Shown piece by piece: positions 28,136 through 38,800 of a DNA stretch of 64,000 nucleotides. A program made the position numbers and the translations under genes. The notes under the pieces were generated by a model. That model did not search any database and was not told where the DNA came from. It saw only the letters and a list, made by a program, of their open reading frames with translations. Each line of letters begins with the position of its first letter. Positions within the stretch are counted from its first letter, which is position 1. Origin of the DNA: Candidatus Woesearchaeota archaeon B3_Woes (GTDB lineage Archaea > Nanobdellota > Nanobdellia > Woesearchaeales > B3-WOES); the NCBI GenBank assembly GCA_005222965.1, contig NJBG01000001.1, positions 435,061 through 499,060 on the forward strand, in the 5' to 3' direction.

Positions 28136-31063
28136 TTAGATAATCCTTCTCACAAACTTTTCACCAGGCACATCACTACCAGGCCATTTCTCTAACATTC
28201 CTATCATCACATCTACAGCAGCAAAAGCAGAACCAGAAGCCCATCTAACAGGAACTGTGCCTAGAAATCCAGTAAGAGTAGAAAGATAAATATCTGTAGC
28301 AACAAAAGTTGCTGAAATTGTTGTTCTAATATAGCCTGCTACTGGGAAATCATCATAACAATAACCTTCTTTTTTATCAATTTCTAGTTCTATACAATCA
28401 ATACTATAATGTATTTGATGGGGATCTTTAAATCTCCCTGAACTATCACATTTCTTAACAGCATTACTCTCGTCTATTATATTTTGATATTCATTAATAT
28501 ACTCTTTATTCAATTTGATTTGTTTTGAAAATGATTGGAATGATTTGCCTTGATTAACAATAATATAATTAAAAAGACCAACATCTCCATTTTTTCCATC
28601 CCCTACTTTATAATCAACATAACTATCTAGATTATCAAATCTTTCTTTTTCGTCTTCTGGAAGTCTTTGCCATCTTCTCTCATATTCTTCAACACGTTCT
28701 TCATAATCTTTTAAAGTAATAGTTCCTTTTTCTACATTCATTAAACCGCCACCAAAGTCAAAAATAGAAGCTTCCTTATCATTAGTACAATCACACTTTC
28801 TTTTTACAACTCTAAAATCAGTTTTACAAGGGCTCACTAAATACATTACATTAGATGGCCTTTCTTGATTTCTAATAAAGTATTTGGTTGCTTCTTCATT
28901 TAAGTTATAAGTAATCTTATCAGCTAATAATTTAGGTTGAGTTAAAGCAATATCATTTACACCAACAGGAGTCAATTTCTCATTTTTTGAATCCATAGAA
29001 TCTATTAAAACCGATAATAATACTGCAGTTGGAAGTGGGTGATTCTTAACCCATCTAGGAACACCAACAGTAACTGATTTAGCCATTGTTAAAGGGATAT
29101 ATCCTGGTCCTGTTACTGCTGCCCACTTTAATGAAGGGAAAGCTAAAGGTATTTGTTTTTTTCCAAGATCTAGAGCAGTAGCTAAAACAGTTCCTTTTTT
29201 CTCATAACCGATAGTTCCTTTTAACAAAATATTTCCTACATTTTGAGCTCCTTTGAGAAGAGATTTTTCAACTAACCTTTCGTCTACTTTTTGTAATGCA
29301 TTTAATTTTAGAAAAGCTGTTTCGCCAGCTTCTTTAAATAATACATCATCCACTTCAGTTGTTCCTTTTTTAAGTAATCCATTAAAAAATTGCCTATATG
29401 TTTGTTTTTTTAATAATGTTTCTTTTGCTTCTTTTGTTAATTCATTTTCAAAAATTTCTTTTACTCCTTTTATAGAACTCTTAATAAATACTCCTTCTTT
29501 AAGAGAGTCAATCCCTCCTCCCTTTACAATTTTTTCTGCTAATTCCCTTCTATATTCTTCTAAAGGCTTTTTCGCATCTATAAGATGTTGGGGTCTTCTA
29601 ATATTATTATTATTTAAAATTATATATATTTCACCAATTAGATCTTTTTCTAAGTTTTTGAATCTTTCAAATACTACTGATCCAGATCTTACTCCAAATT
29701 TTTTCGCAACAGCAGTTCCTATTTCTTTTGATGTTTCTCGACCAACACCATAAATCAATATTGTTTCTTCTTCTAATGCTAAACTTTTCATAATATTTTT
29801 TGTTGAAGCAAATTTAACTCTTTCAAAAAGATGTTTAGATCCTGATTTAATAGCAGTTTCTGCTGCTTCCTTGGCTAATTTTTCAGCTGCTTCTTCGCCT
29901 GCTTCTCCAGCTAATTTTTTAGATGCTTTTTCAGCTGCTTCTTTTGCGAGTTTGCCTTTACCCCCAGCAACATTTAAAGGGCCAGCAAGAGTAATATAAG
30001 AAATAGTAAAGAGATTAATCATATCAGACCATTCTTTATGCCAATAAGCTTCTGCTTCCTTAGGAAATTCTTCATAATAAACAAGATATTTTGGGTCTCC
30101 TAATGCTTGTAAAAATACTTTGTTGAAAATGGAATCACTAACATCTTGTGGAAGCTCAAAAGACTCCACAAAACAAGAGAACTCATCAACAGGATTATTT
30201 TTACTACATTCTTTTATATGAATCTTGTTTTGGAATATTGGTGTTTTATCATAATAAACACATCCTTGTCTATAAAAAGGTATTTCGTCTAATTCAACCT
30301 CTCCGAGATAGCGCTTAGCTTCTTTCCACTCCTGTTTCAACTCTATATCGTTTTCTTTATTTATTCTATTATCAAAGTATTTTTTAAGAGTATCTTTAGT
30401 AATTGGTGGATTAAACTTAGGTTTAAGAGGTTCCCACTTATTCGGACCCTTTAATTCACTAGCATCAAAACGAGCACAAAGTACATAATGGTCATTTAAT
30501 ACTGTTTTTTTTGATTTTACTAAACAATCTTTAACAGCATATCCTAATATTTCTATTACATTCTCTCTTTCTGTTGGTTCTTCTTCTGATTTATCCTTAA
30601 AACTCAAAAACTCAGAAGAAATACCACTGCAACTTACACTAGACTTTCCATATTCAATTGATTTTCTATCTCTCCTAGTAACAAGTTTTGAGAATAATGC
30701 AACAACTTTATTTTGTTCATCAGAAGGAACAGTATAACCAGATGGACAAACATCCCTGTTTTCATAATCAAACATACCAACAGCAACACTATTAAGTGAA
30801 CATTCCATAGCTTTCATAGAATTACTTACAATTCTTTCTTCTTCATTATAATGTTCCTCAGGAACATATGGTTCAAATTCCTCTTGTTCTTTCCATGGAA
30901 ACATCGATTCAGATGATTCTTCATCAAAAAACTTTTTCTTTGCAAAACCTACTCCTGGACCAATTACACCAATCACAACCGCACCAATCACAACCAAACC
31001 AAGAATTACAGAGATTAATGCAGACCAACCAATCATTCCTCTTTTTTGATTAAAAAATTTCAT
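28136..31063 (-). CDS. Large (975 aa) N-terminally anchored protein of unknown function
   Basis: MKFFNQKRG|MIGWSALISVILGLVVIGAVVIGVIG. Internal Ala/Glu/Lys-rich helical repeats (KLAKEAAEKASKKLAGEAGEEAAEKLAKEAAETAIK). No recognisable catalytic motif. Confidence 0.45.
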   Translation of the reverse strand: MKFFNQKRGMIGWSALISVILGLVVIGAVVIGVIGPGVGFAKKKFFDEESSESMFPWKEQEEFEPYVPEEHYNEEERIVSNSMKAMECSLNSVAVGMFDYENRDVCPSGYTVPSDEQNKVVALFSKLVTRRDRKSIEYGKSSVSCSGISSEFLSFKDKSEEEPTERENVIEILGYAVKDCLVKSKKTVLNDHYVLCARFDASELKGPNKWEPLKPKFNPPITKDTLKKYFDNRINKENDIELKQEWKEAKRYLGEVELDEIPFYRQGCVYYDKTPIFQNKIHIKECSKNNPVDEFSCFVESFELPQDVSDSIFNKVFLQALGDPKYLVYYEEFPKEAEAYWHKEWSDMINLFTISYITLAGPLNVAGGKGKLAKEAAEKASKKLAGEAGEEAAEKLAKEAAETAIKSGSKHLFERVKFASTKNIMKSLALEEETILIYGVGRETSKEIGTAVAKKFGVRSGSVVFERFKNLEKDLIGEIYIILNNNNIRRPQHLIDAKKPLEEYRRELAEKIVKGGGIDSLKEGVFIKSSIKGVKEIFENELTKEAKETLLKKQTYRQFFNGLLKKGTTEVDDVLFKEAGETAFLKLNALQKVDERLVEKSLLKGAQNVGNILLKGTIGYEKKGTVLATALDLGKKQIPLAFPSLKWAAVTGPGYIPLTMAKSVTVGVPRWVKNHPLPTAVLLSVLIDSMDSKNEKLTPVGVNDIALTQPKLLADKITYNLNEEATKYFIRNQERPSNVMYLVSPCKTDFRVVKRKCDCTNDKEASIFDFGGGLMNVEKGTITLKDYEERVEEYERRWQRLPEDEKERFDNLDSYVDYKVGDGKNGDVGLFNYIIVNQGKSFQSFSKQIKLNKEYINEYQNIIDESNAVKKCDSSGRFKDPHQIHYSIDCIELEIDKKEGYCYDDFPVAGYIRTTISATFVATDIYLSTLTGFLGTVPVRWASGSAFAAVDVMIGMLEKWPGSDVPGEKFVRRII

Positions 31064-31223
31064 TTTAAAAAATATTTCTTAAAAATTGAACTTTATCTAA
31101 TAAAAAATCTTTTGATTTAAAAGAAATGTAAATAAGTGCGAGTATAACGAATAAACCTATTATTAATCCAACTATAACAGACCAACCTGGTAATTCTCCT
31201 TTCTTAAAAAGATCTTTTCTCAT
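31056..31223 (-). CDS. Unannotated small ORF (~55 aa) with a pilin-like N-terminus
   Basis: Minus-strand translation gives MRKDLFKKG|ELPGWSVIVGLIIGLFVILALIYISFKSKDF… Its stop abuts the start of the 975-aa gene. Not in the ORF track (short). Confidence 0.25.
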
Positions 31224-32173
31224 CCTATTATATAAGTGCATTTTTCACTTACCTCGCTATAAGGCATTAAACTTAATACATTTACTGGTTTATGCACTTT
31301 GTCTTTGTTTATAATCCCTGTCCATTTCAAAAATGTTTCTCCATAGTTTACTAGCTTTAGAACATTAATACGTGCGTATACAATTGCTAATGGTTCATCA
31401 ACCTCATACAAATATTCTGGTGCGAATATTCCCTTATTAACATCATCTTTAGTATATTCATAAAAACTTCTTTGTTGTGGATCAATTATAACAGGATGTT
31501 TTTGCATCCATTCTGGTAAAGATGTTATTTCTCTTCCACTAAATTTTTCTTTTACTTTATCTTCAAATTTTATACGTGAACATAATAAACAAAAAGCAGG
31601 AGGTCCACTTGCTTCATAATTCCAAAATTGAAGACGGCTCAATACTTCTTTAGGAAGTGAACACTCTTTATTCTCAGGACAACCACATTTAAAATCTCCT
31701 TCCTTATTAGGTTCACACTCAATTAAACCCCACCACTCTTGAAAAACAGGCATTTGCCCCTTCCAAGCCACATCCCAACAACCCTTAATTTCATTTGCAA
31801 TAACCCTATTCATTTCAAATTCTAATAATTCTTCTTCACTATTTGAATGAAAACTAACATATTTTGAATCTTTATATTTTTCATTAAATTCATCAATCTC
31901 TTTTTGATTAGATTTCTTTTTATCTTCTAATTGTTCCAGAGTTATGTTTTTTCTTGTCATTTGACAATCTGGGGGTATTGTTTCTACACCTAAAACAGGA
32001 GACTTAGTAAGTGAACTCAATAAAAGGTTCCATTGACAATTTTTCTTTAGTGCTTCTTCTTCTAATACATTTCCCCATTCAATATAAACAAGAAGCAGCA
32101 CACCTAATGAAACCACAAGAACAATTAATGTTACGAGTATTGGTGAAAGATCTCCTTGTGCTTTTTTATTCAT
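31220..32173 (-). CDS. Cys-rich pilin-like protein (class III signal peptide)
   Basis: MNKKA|QGDLSPILVTLIVLVVSLGVLLLV. 317 aa, 12 Cys. Confidence 0.45.
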   Translation of the reverse strand: MNKKAQGDLSPILVTLIVLVVSLGVLLLVYIEWGNVLEEEALKKNCQWNLLLSSLTKSPVLGVETIPPDCQMTRKNITLEQLEDKKKSNQKEIDEFNEKYKDSKYVSFHSNSEEELLEFEMNRVIANEIKGCWDVAWKGQMPVFQEWWGLIECEPNKEGDFKCGCPENKECSLPKEVLSRLQFWNYEASGPPAFCLLCSRIKFEDKVKEKFSGREITSLPEWMQKHPVIIDPQQRSFYEYTKDDVNKGIFAPEYLYEVDEPLAIVYARINVLKLVNYGETFLKWTGIINKDKVHKPVNVLSLMPYSEVSEKCTYIIG

Positions 32174-32289
32174 GCAAACCCCTTCTCAACAACTTTTTTT
32201 AATATGTTCCAAAGCATGAGAAATACAACTAAAGCTATTATTAAAAAAATAAGGAAAACTAGTGCTTTTTTTGTACCTCCTTTTTTCAT
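32170..32289 (-). CDS. Unannotated tiny ORF (39 aa) with a pilin-like N-terminus
   Basis: MKKGG|TKKALVFLIFLIIALVVFLMLWNILKKVVEKGFA. Its stop overlaps the next start (ATGA). Confidence 0.25.
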   Translation of the reverse strand: MKKGGTKKALVFLIFLIIALVVFLMLWNILKKVVEKGFA

Positions 32290-32333
32290 AATAAATATAA
32301 TTTAAAGAACAAGATATATAAACTTTATGGTGG

Positions 32334-32570
32334 CTAGCTCCCCGCAGCCTTACCTATAGGAATACAGCAATCATCACATTCTTGTGTTTTTATAGTTGCT
32401 CCATAAGAACAAGGAGTTTTACACTCTCCTCCTTTTTCTGTACAACTGTCTAAACTAGTCTTAACGTCTCCAATTTTACCTGAAAACACAAAAAGAATAA
32501 CAGCCAGAACAATTAAAGCTAAAATTGATATAACAATCGTTTGTAAACTTAGTCCTTGTGCTTTTTTCAT
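32334..32570 (-). CDS. Small 6-Cys pilin-like protein (tandem paralog 1 of 3)
   Basis: MKKA|QGLSLQTIVISILALIVLAVILFVF. Mature about 50 aa with C…C…C…C…CC. Confidence 0.5.
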   Translation of the reverse strand: MKKAQGLSLQTIVISILALIVLAVILFVFSGKIGDVKTSLDSCTEKGGECKTPCSYGATIKTQECDDCCIPIGKAAGS

Positions 32571-32824
32571 TCTTGGTTCATACAGCAGTAGTTTCCACCA
32601 TCTGCTTTTCCATCTCCATCATCATCACAATTTATTATATATATGGGTGTTTCGTCTTTATTACAATCAGATGCACCACTAACACATTTACCATCACAAG
32701 AATCTATTCCTTTCTTAAAACTCCCCATTTTGCCGGATAAAAGAACAATTAGAATAACCAAAACAATAAGGACCAAGGCCGCTATTACTATTGTGTTCAA
32801 ACTTAGTCCTTGTGCTTTTTTCAT
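32567..32824 (-). CDS. Small 6-Cys pilin-like protein (tandem paralog 2 of 3)
   Basis: MKKA|QGLSLNTIVIAALVLIVLVIL. Has a DDDGDGKADGG loop and ends YCCMNQE. Confidence 0.5.
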   Translation of the reverse strand: MKKAQGLSLNTIVIAALVLIVLVILIVLLSGKMGSFKKGIDSCDGKCVSGASDCNKDETPIYIINCDDDGDGKADGGNYCCMNQE

Positions 32825-32839
32825 CTTAAAAAGAAAAAA

Positions 32840-33121
32840 TTATACAGAGATGCAACAAACCCCATCTACTGCTTGGCCTTCATTAACAGTTGAATCGCCA
32901 TCTAAATCGCAATCATAAGAAACTTCTCTTGTGTAATCTCCTTCACAACTGGTTCTTGAACAGAATCCACCCATTGTTTCACAATCTCCAGAACCCTCTC
33001 TGAATCCGCCCAACCTTCCCATAAATATAACTGCTAATATAACCATAACTAATAATGCTAATGCTGCTATTATTATAACATTAAGACTTAGTCCTTGTGC
33101 TTTTTTTCTCATAAGTTTCAC
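32840..33121 (-). CDS. Small 6-Cys pilin-like protein (tandem paralog 3 of 3)
   Basis: MKLMRKKA|QGLSLNVIIIAALALLVMVIL. Has a DCDLDGDSTVNEG loop and ends VCCISV. Confidence 0.5.
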   Translation of the reverse strand: MKLMRKKAQGLSLNVIIIAALALLVMVILAVIFMGRLGGFREGSGDCETMGGFCSRTSCEGDYTREVSYDCDLDGDSTVNEGQAVDGVCCISV

Positions 33122-33187
33122 CTCTTTGGATTAAACTGATACTATTAATTGTATTGATTTATGTTATATTTAAATCTTACTATTAAA

Positions 33188-33673
33188 TTATCCATAAATA
33201 TCCAATGTAATAGTCATAACACCAGCGTCTGTTTGTAAAAATTGGGTTTTTCTTTCTCTTTCTCTTACTGTCCTTTCTTTTCCTGCTTCAACAACAACCT
33301 TTCCAGGAACACTAGCTTTAAGATAATAATCTTTTACTAAACTTATGTTAAGAATAGTTTCTGTTAAATTATTTATTGTTTGAGTTGCATACCCTTGTGA
33401 ATCAGAAGGTGAACCAGGACAAGTTATGCTTGGATTATCCTTACTAGCATCACTTAATAATTCACCTATAGATATATCATTACATTCTGTATTAGTATTC
33501 AACAAAGTATTTAGCATATTTGCTGCTAATTGGGTTTCTGAATACTCTTTTCTATAAGTTTGTGGTGCTTTAAACAAGGTAAATCTTAATGCAAACATTA
33601 AACCAACCATCAATAATACAACTACAATTGCCAACCCCATTATTTCCATCTGCGCTTTTTTGTTTTTTCTCAT
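33188..33673 (-). CDS. Pilin-like protein (class III signal peptide)
   Basis: Start re-assigned to the internal Met at 33673: MRKNKKA|QMEIMGLAIVVVLLMVGLMF. Confidence 0.45.
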   Translation of the reverse strand: MRKNKKAQMEIMGLAIVVVLLMVGLMFALRFTLFKAPQTYRKEYSETQLAANMLNTLLNTNTECNDISIGELLSDASKDNPSITCPGSPSDSQGYATQTINNLTETILNISLVKDYYLKASVPGKVVVEAGKERTVRERERKTQFLQTDAGVMTITLDIYG

Positions 33674-33776
33674 TTTATCCGAATATTCTGTGAGGATATT
33701 TGAAAACACTTGAAAATCATTTGGATTTTCAGTGCACCAAAAATCTTTGATTTTTGTGTGTCTTTGATTTTCATTT

Positions 33777-34247
33777 TTAGCTTACTGTATAATATTTAAT
33801 CTCTAACATTCCAAATGAATTAGTTCTTGTTGTAGCATTATAAAGGAGGATAGGAATTGAGGTTTTATAAACAGATCCGCTCCTTGTTCTATTATAGATA
33901 TTCCATTCCTTGTTTGAAGGATATATCTCCTTAACAGTTATATCGCTATAATAAAAAAAAGGGTAATAGACATTATTTTTGTCTGGTAAAGTCATAAAAG
34001 CACTTAATTTATACATATCAAAACAGTTATCTTTTATTATGTTTTTAGATGAACACTGTAGTTCTGGCAAAAAAGAGATTGCTTGACTAACCTTTATTGA
34101 TTCAAGTTCTTGTATTTTTGCTATTTTCTGTCCCTGACTAAATCCACTTGTTCTTATATAAAAAGTAAAACCAATTACTATAATTACAAAAAAGATAAGC
34201 ATTATTGCAATTGTTTCCATCATTTGGATTTGTGATTTCTTTTTCAT
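33777..34247 (-). CDS. Pilin-like protein (class III signal peptide)
   Basis: Start re-assigned to Met at 34247: MKKKS|QIQMMETIAIMLIFFVIIVIGF. This removes the overlap with the upstream gene. Confidence 0.45.
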   Translation of the reverse strand: MKKKSQIQMMETIAIMLIFFVIIVIGFTFYIRTSGFSQGQKIAKIQELESIKVSQAISFLPELQCSSKNIIKDNCFDMYKLSAFMTLPDKNNVYYPFFYYSDITVKEIYPSNKEWNIYNRTRSGSVYKTSIPILLYNATTRTNSFGMLEIKYYTVS

Positions 34248-34249
34248 TT

Positions 34250-35296
34250 TTAATAAACAGCAGGGCACGAATTTGCCAAAGTAATACCATTATTTGTGCT
34301 TAAACTATCTGCCCATATTCTAACATTAGGGTAACTTTGTTCAGATGCAGCAGTTGCTATGTCTCCTATGTCATTTAAAGCATTGTCAAGACTATTATAA
34401 CAAACTCCACTAACATAACCATCTCTTAATGTTGTAGTTCTATCTTCATAAACTTTTGTAATGTTTTGTAATCTGTAAAATGCATTGTTCATCCCGCAAT
34501 CATAGATTTCTTTATTTTCAGAAAAAACAGCTGCTAAAAGAGATGCCTTACCAACATAATATGTAGATTCTGACACCCAACTTGCCTCATTATAATTAAA
34601 AAATTCTAAGCCTCCATTACAATCCATTCTTTCGTCTGCAGGATCACTCACACAACCGGGCGTTATATAAACTGCACTTATGTCTTCCTCTTTTGTGTCT
34701 CCAAAAGTGGAACCAGGGTTAAAAGTTACAGGATCACTAAAATATATTACTCTTACTTTATAATTATTTTTATCCCCGCTAACTGATCCTTTTTCTTTAC
34801 TGATAAAAAGTTTAGATTGGCCATCTTTAACAATATATTTTGGAGGCAATAAATCAAAAAGAGCATTTGCTAAATCAGTCACATCATCATCAATTATATA
34901 TCTGACTTCTGGGCTTGTTACATATAAAAAATTAGTAACTCTATAAGGTACACTCCAATCATGCGCATAAACAGAAACAGTATTTCTATCAGATTCTATT
35001 GAATCTGGAGCAAAAGCATATGGAAATCTTGCTGCAAATTGATTTCCTACTCTAAACCCTTCACAACCAAACTGAATCTTTTTGTTTGGAATCTCAACCA
35101 CAGAAGAGGTTCCAGTACTTACATATGAACTACTGAATATGGATTGTAAATCTGTTTGAATTGTGCTGGATATGCTGTCTTCAGAAAACTCTTTTTGTTT
35201 TTGGACAATTGAAATAAAAAACATCAAGATTATTCCGCCAATTATTAAAATCATTATCCAATTAAACTGAAATGAAATTTGAGATTTCTTAAACAT
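34250..35296 (-). CDS. Pilin-like protein (class III signal peptide), 348 aa
   Basis: MFKKS|QISFQFNWIMILIIGGIILMFF. Confidence 0.45.
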   Translation of the reverse strand: MFKKSQISFQFNWIMILIIGGIILMFFISIVQKQKEFSEDSISSTIQTDLQSIFSSSYVSTGTSSVVEIPNKKIQFGCEGFRVGNQFAARFPYAFAPDSIESDRNTVSVYAHDWSVPYRVTNFLYVTSPEVRYIIDDDVTDLANALFDLLPPKYIVKDGQSKLFISKEKGSVSGDKNNYKVRVIYFSDPVTFNPGSTFGDTKEEDISAVYITPGCVSDPADERMDCNGGLEFFNYNEASWVSESTYYVGKASLLAAVFSENKEIYDCGMNNAFYRLQNITKVYEDRTTTLRDGYVSGVCYNSLDNALNDIGDIATAASEQSYPNVRIWADSLSTNNGITLANSCPAVY

Positions 35297-35305
35297 CTTT
35301 TTATT

Positions 35306-35806
35306 TTACGACCATTCAGAAACCCAAACATGATTTCCCATGCTCTCTAATTTTAATGTCACTTTTCCATTTACTACTTCAACACATTCTTCCTGATCTG
35401 CTCCATCTTCAACCTTAATATCTCCAACATAGAAACTTACATCCCCTGGTGGAGCTAAAAACATATTTTTATCCTCTGCTCCGTTATTTATATGCCCATT
35501 TATCAATGGATATTGTGTTGAGATAGCAGCAGATGGAAAAGAAGGATATGATTCAACAAAACAAATATGATCATAATTTCCAGGAACCGTCAAAACCTTT
35601 TTTTTAATGGTTCCTTTTGAATCTGCCTCAATCTTTTCAACTTCGTTTTTTATATCACTTTCTATCTGTAAATAAGATATTTCCTCGCTTCTATCATTAA
35701 AATAGTTTATTGCTTTATATCCATACAACAAAGTCATAGAAAACACAACCATTGCAAGAACATACATAAATACCTGACCAGCCATCTGTGATTTTTTGTT
35801 TTTCAT
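35306..35806 (-). CDS. Pilin-like protein (class III signal peptide)
   Basis: MKNKKS|QMAGQVFMYVLAMVVFSM. Its start overlaps the stop of the giant gene (ATGA). Confidence 0.45.
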   Translation of the reverse strand: MKNKKSQMAGQVFMYVLAMVVFSMTLLYGYKAINYFNDRSEEISYLQIESDIKNEVEKIEADSKGTIKKKVLTVPGNYDHICFVESYPSFPSAAISTQYPLINGHINNGAEDKNMFLAPPGDVSFYVGDIKVEDGADQEECVEVVNGKVTLKLESMGNHVWVSEWS

Positions 35807-38800
35807 TTTTTGCCTTTTGGTTTTTTCTTAGTGCCTTCTTTAATCTCTTTTAATGTTTCAAAAACATCTCCACTTGATTTTTTACCTTTGGTTATTCCTT
35901 TTAATTGTGATAAAGCGTCTCCTTTTGTTTTTTTCTGAACTTTTGAAAGAGATACCCACTCTTTTGTTGGTTTAGAAGGTTTAACAATTCTTTTTGTCTC
36001 TCTTCCCCTTCTTTGTAATCCTCTTCGTCTTTCTTGTGGTTTAGATGTTCCAGTTTCAAAACTTGAAAAGACCCCTCTTCTCTTTTCTTCTCTTTTCTTC
36101 TTGCTTTTTGCAATTAAATTTTTCAATTGTTTATCTATTTTGATTGGTTTGATAATAGAAGGGTGTGGTTTTCTAACTGAAGTAATTGTGTGTGTCTGAG
36201 TGGGGGTTTTAGGAGGTTTTTTGCCTTGTTTTCTCATATAATCTACATACATTGGATATCCAAAATAAACTCCTACTGAAATCAAGATAATCAAAAATAC
36301 TATCCAGAAAAAAGTCCACCACACTGAACCAGGTTTTGAGTTAGCATCTAATGGGTCTGTCCCTTTTTCTATTTCTTTTTTATCAACAAAACCATCTCCA
36401 TCTGTATCTGAATTAAGTGGGCTTGTTCCTGCTCTGTCTTCTTCAAAATTACTTAGACCATCATTATCAGCATCTTCATCACCATCTAAAATACCATCTC
36501 CATCGCTATCAGGAGAATAAGGGTCTAAATTATACATTTGTTCAAATTCATTACTTAAACCATCTCCATCAATATCATCATCACAAGCATCACCTAATCC
36601 ATCACCGTCCATATCTAATTGATCTAAATTTGATTCATATGGGCAATTATCATCTTGGTTTAATATTCCATCTCCATCGCTATCTGATTTACAAATTCCC
36701 CCAATACATCTCAAATCACTCAAACAATCATCATCTATATCACAAAAATCCCCTTCTTCACATCCTTCACAAGAACCCCCGCAATCCACTCCTGTTTCTC
36801 CGCTATCTAAAATATTATTATGACATTTATCTGGTGGAGAACATTTACCTGTCACAACATTACAATAACCAGACTTACAATTGCTGTCTTTATTCTCACA
36901 TTCTTCTCCATTCTCGCACTTTGGACAATTGCCTCCACAATCTATGTCTGATTCAATACTATTTTCTACCTTATCATAACAGGTTGGGTCTGCACAATAT
37001 CCTTCAATACAAAAACCAGATACACAATCCATGTTTTCATTACATTGAGGTTGTTCAATCTGACACATACTAAGATCATATTCACAATCACTATCACAGT
37101 CTAACGAACCATTAATAAAATCACTATCATAATCATTACAATCATTAAAATCACCCAAATCCCAACCATCACATGCTTCTCCTGCATTAATTTCATCATT
37201 ACCACATTCTCCTTCAGTTCCCCCTTTACACTCGTTTTCATCAAAAGTGCAATCATTATTACATGCTAGCTCTCCTTCATAAAATCCCCTGCTAGAACAG
37301 GTAGCATTTCTCAAATCACCAATATCACATTCTTCAGTTGAATCTGCTGCACCATCTCCACATTCGCTTCCTTCTCCGCCAGTACATGAACTTGTATCAA
37401 ATATACAATCATTACAGGTTAATTCTCCTCCTGTAAACTCATCAAAACTAGAACACTCTTTATCTCCTATTTCGTCGCCTTCGCATTGTTCTCCTGTATT
37501 AATATCTATTACACCATCACCACAGTAACTTCCTTCTCCGCCTGTACATGAACTTGTATCAAATATACAATCATTATTACAACCTAAAATTCCTCCTGTG
37601 AAATCTGCTATATCAAAGCAAGTGGTGTCTCCTTTGTTCTCACCATCGCATTGTTCTCCTGTATTAATTTCTCCATCTCCACAATATCCAGAAGTTCCTC
37701 CTTCACATAATATTGTTTTTAATTCGCAGTTATCGCATATTAAAGTTCCTCCTGTGAAATCATCAAAATCTCTACAGTCGGTTTCTCCTTTGTTCTCGCC
37801 GTCGCATTGTTCTCCTGCGCTTGCATCTACTATCCCATCACCACAGTAACTTCCTTCTCCACCTGTACACAAACTTATATCAAACACACAATCGCTAGCG
37901 CAAGTTAAGATTCCACCTGTAAAATAAAAATCAGAGCATTCATTAAGGTCTTCTGCCCATTCTGCGTCTCCGTCGCATTGTTCTCCTGCATCAATAATAT
38001 TATTATTACAGTATCCTGAATCAGGACCACAAGGAGCACAACTTCCTCCGCAATCTACTCCTGTTTCGTCTTCATTTTTTATACTATCATCACAATGAGC
38101 AGGTTTAGCACTAATATCAATAGTTATACCATCACTTGACATAACATCTCCTTCTAAACCATATGCGTTTTCTGGCTTTACATCAAACTGATATTTTTGT
38201 TTATCTGCAAGATTTATATCATCTACAACTATCCACTCATCTTCTGTTGTTTCATCAAGCCAATCAAATACAAAACTATCTGTTGCTCCAAATTCTTTTA
38301 ATCTATAATAATACTGCGCAATTCTTGTATCAAGATCTTCTCCCAACCATTTAACTCTTAATCTAGTATGTTTCCATGTAATTTCTGGGTTTGGTTCATT
38401 GCTTGAATCATCAACATAATTCATTTTAGGAGGAGTTACGTCAACACTAAAACCTATTTCATAAGGGATAGATGGTAACCAACTAATTTGCCTGCTATCA
38501 TAACACTTTACATAATATCTATAATCTCCATTGCCCGGAACACTAATTGTTGCTTTGTGGTCTAAAGTGGTCTGTTTTGTAAAAGGCAGCCAAGTAGAAA
38601 TTGGAGAAGATTGATCTGTAGTATATTTACAATTAGTATCTAGGTTAACTTTCGCTCTTAAATCTATTTCATTAGTTGTAAAGTAAGGATTAGTCATACT
38701 AACGACAGATAAAGGAGCACTATCACTCACCTTAAAAGATATTGGCATTGTGCTTATGAGTTCTGCCATATTCATACATTCTACCATATAAGTTCTCATA

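Noticed and set aside
23426-35806. Interpreting the pilin-like run as an archaellum (fla) operon
   Set aside because: None of the products resembles archaellins beyond the signal peptide (no conserved archaellin N-terminal FlaB/FlaA helix sequence). No flaC-J, flaH or flaI genes are adjacent. The genes are instead Cys-rich and paralogous to each other, which fits adhesive pili or a pseudopilus better than a motility archaellum.
36417-37073. 218-aa His/Tyr/Leu-rich ORF (HHYQHLHHHLKYHLHRYQ…) on the plus strand
   Set aside because: It is the antisense reading of the Asp/Cys/Gly-rich repeat region of the giant minus-strand adhesin gene. The composition artefact (GAT/GTG antisense gives ATC/CAC) produces a long open frame. 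No start context exists, and it lies fully inside a strongly supported CDS.
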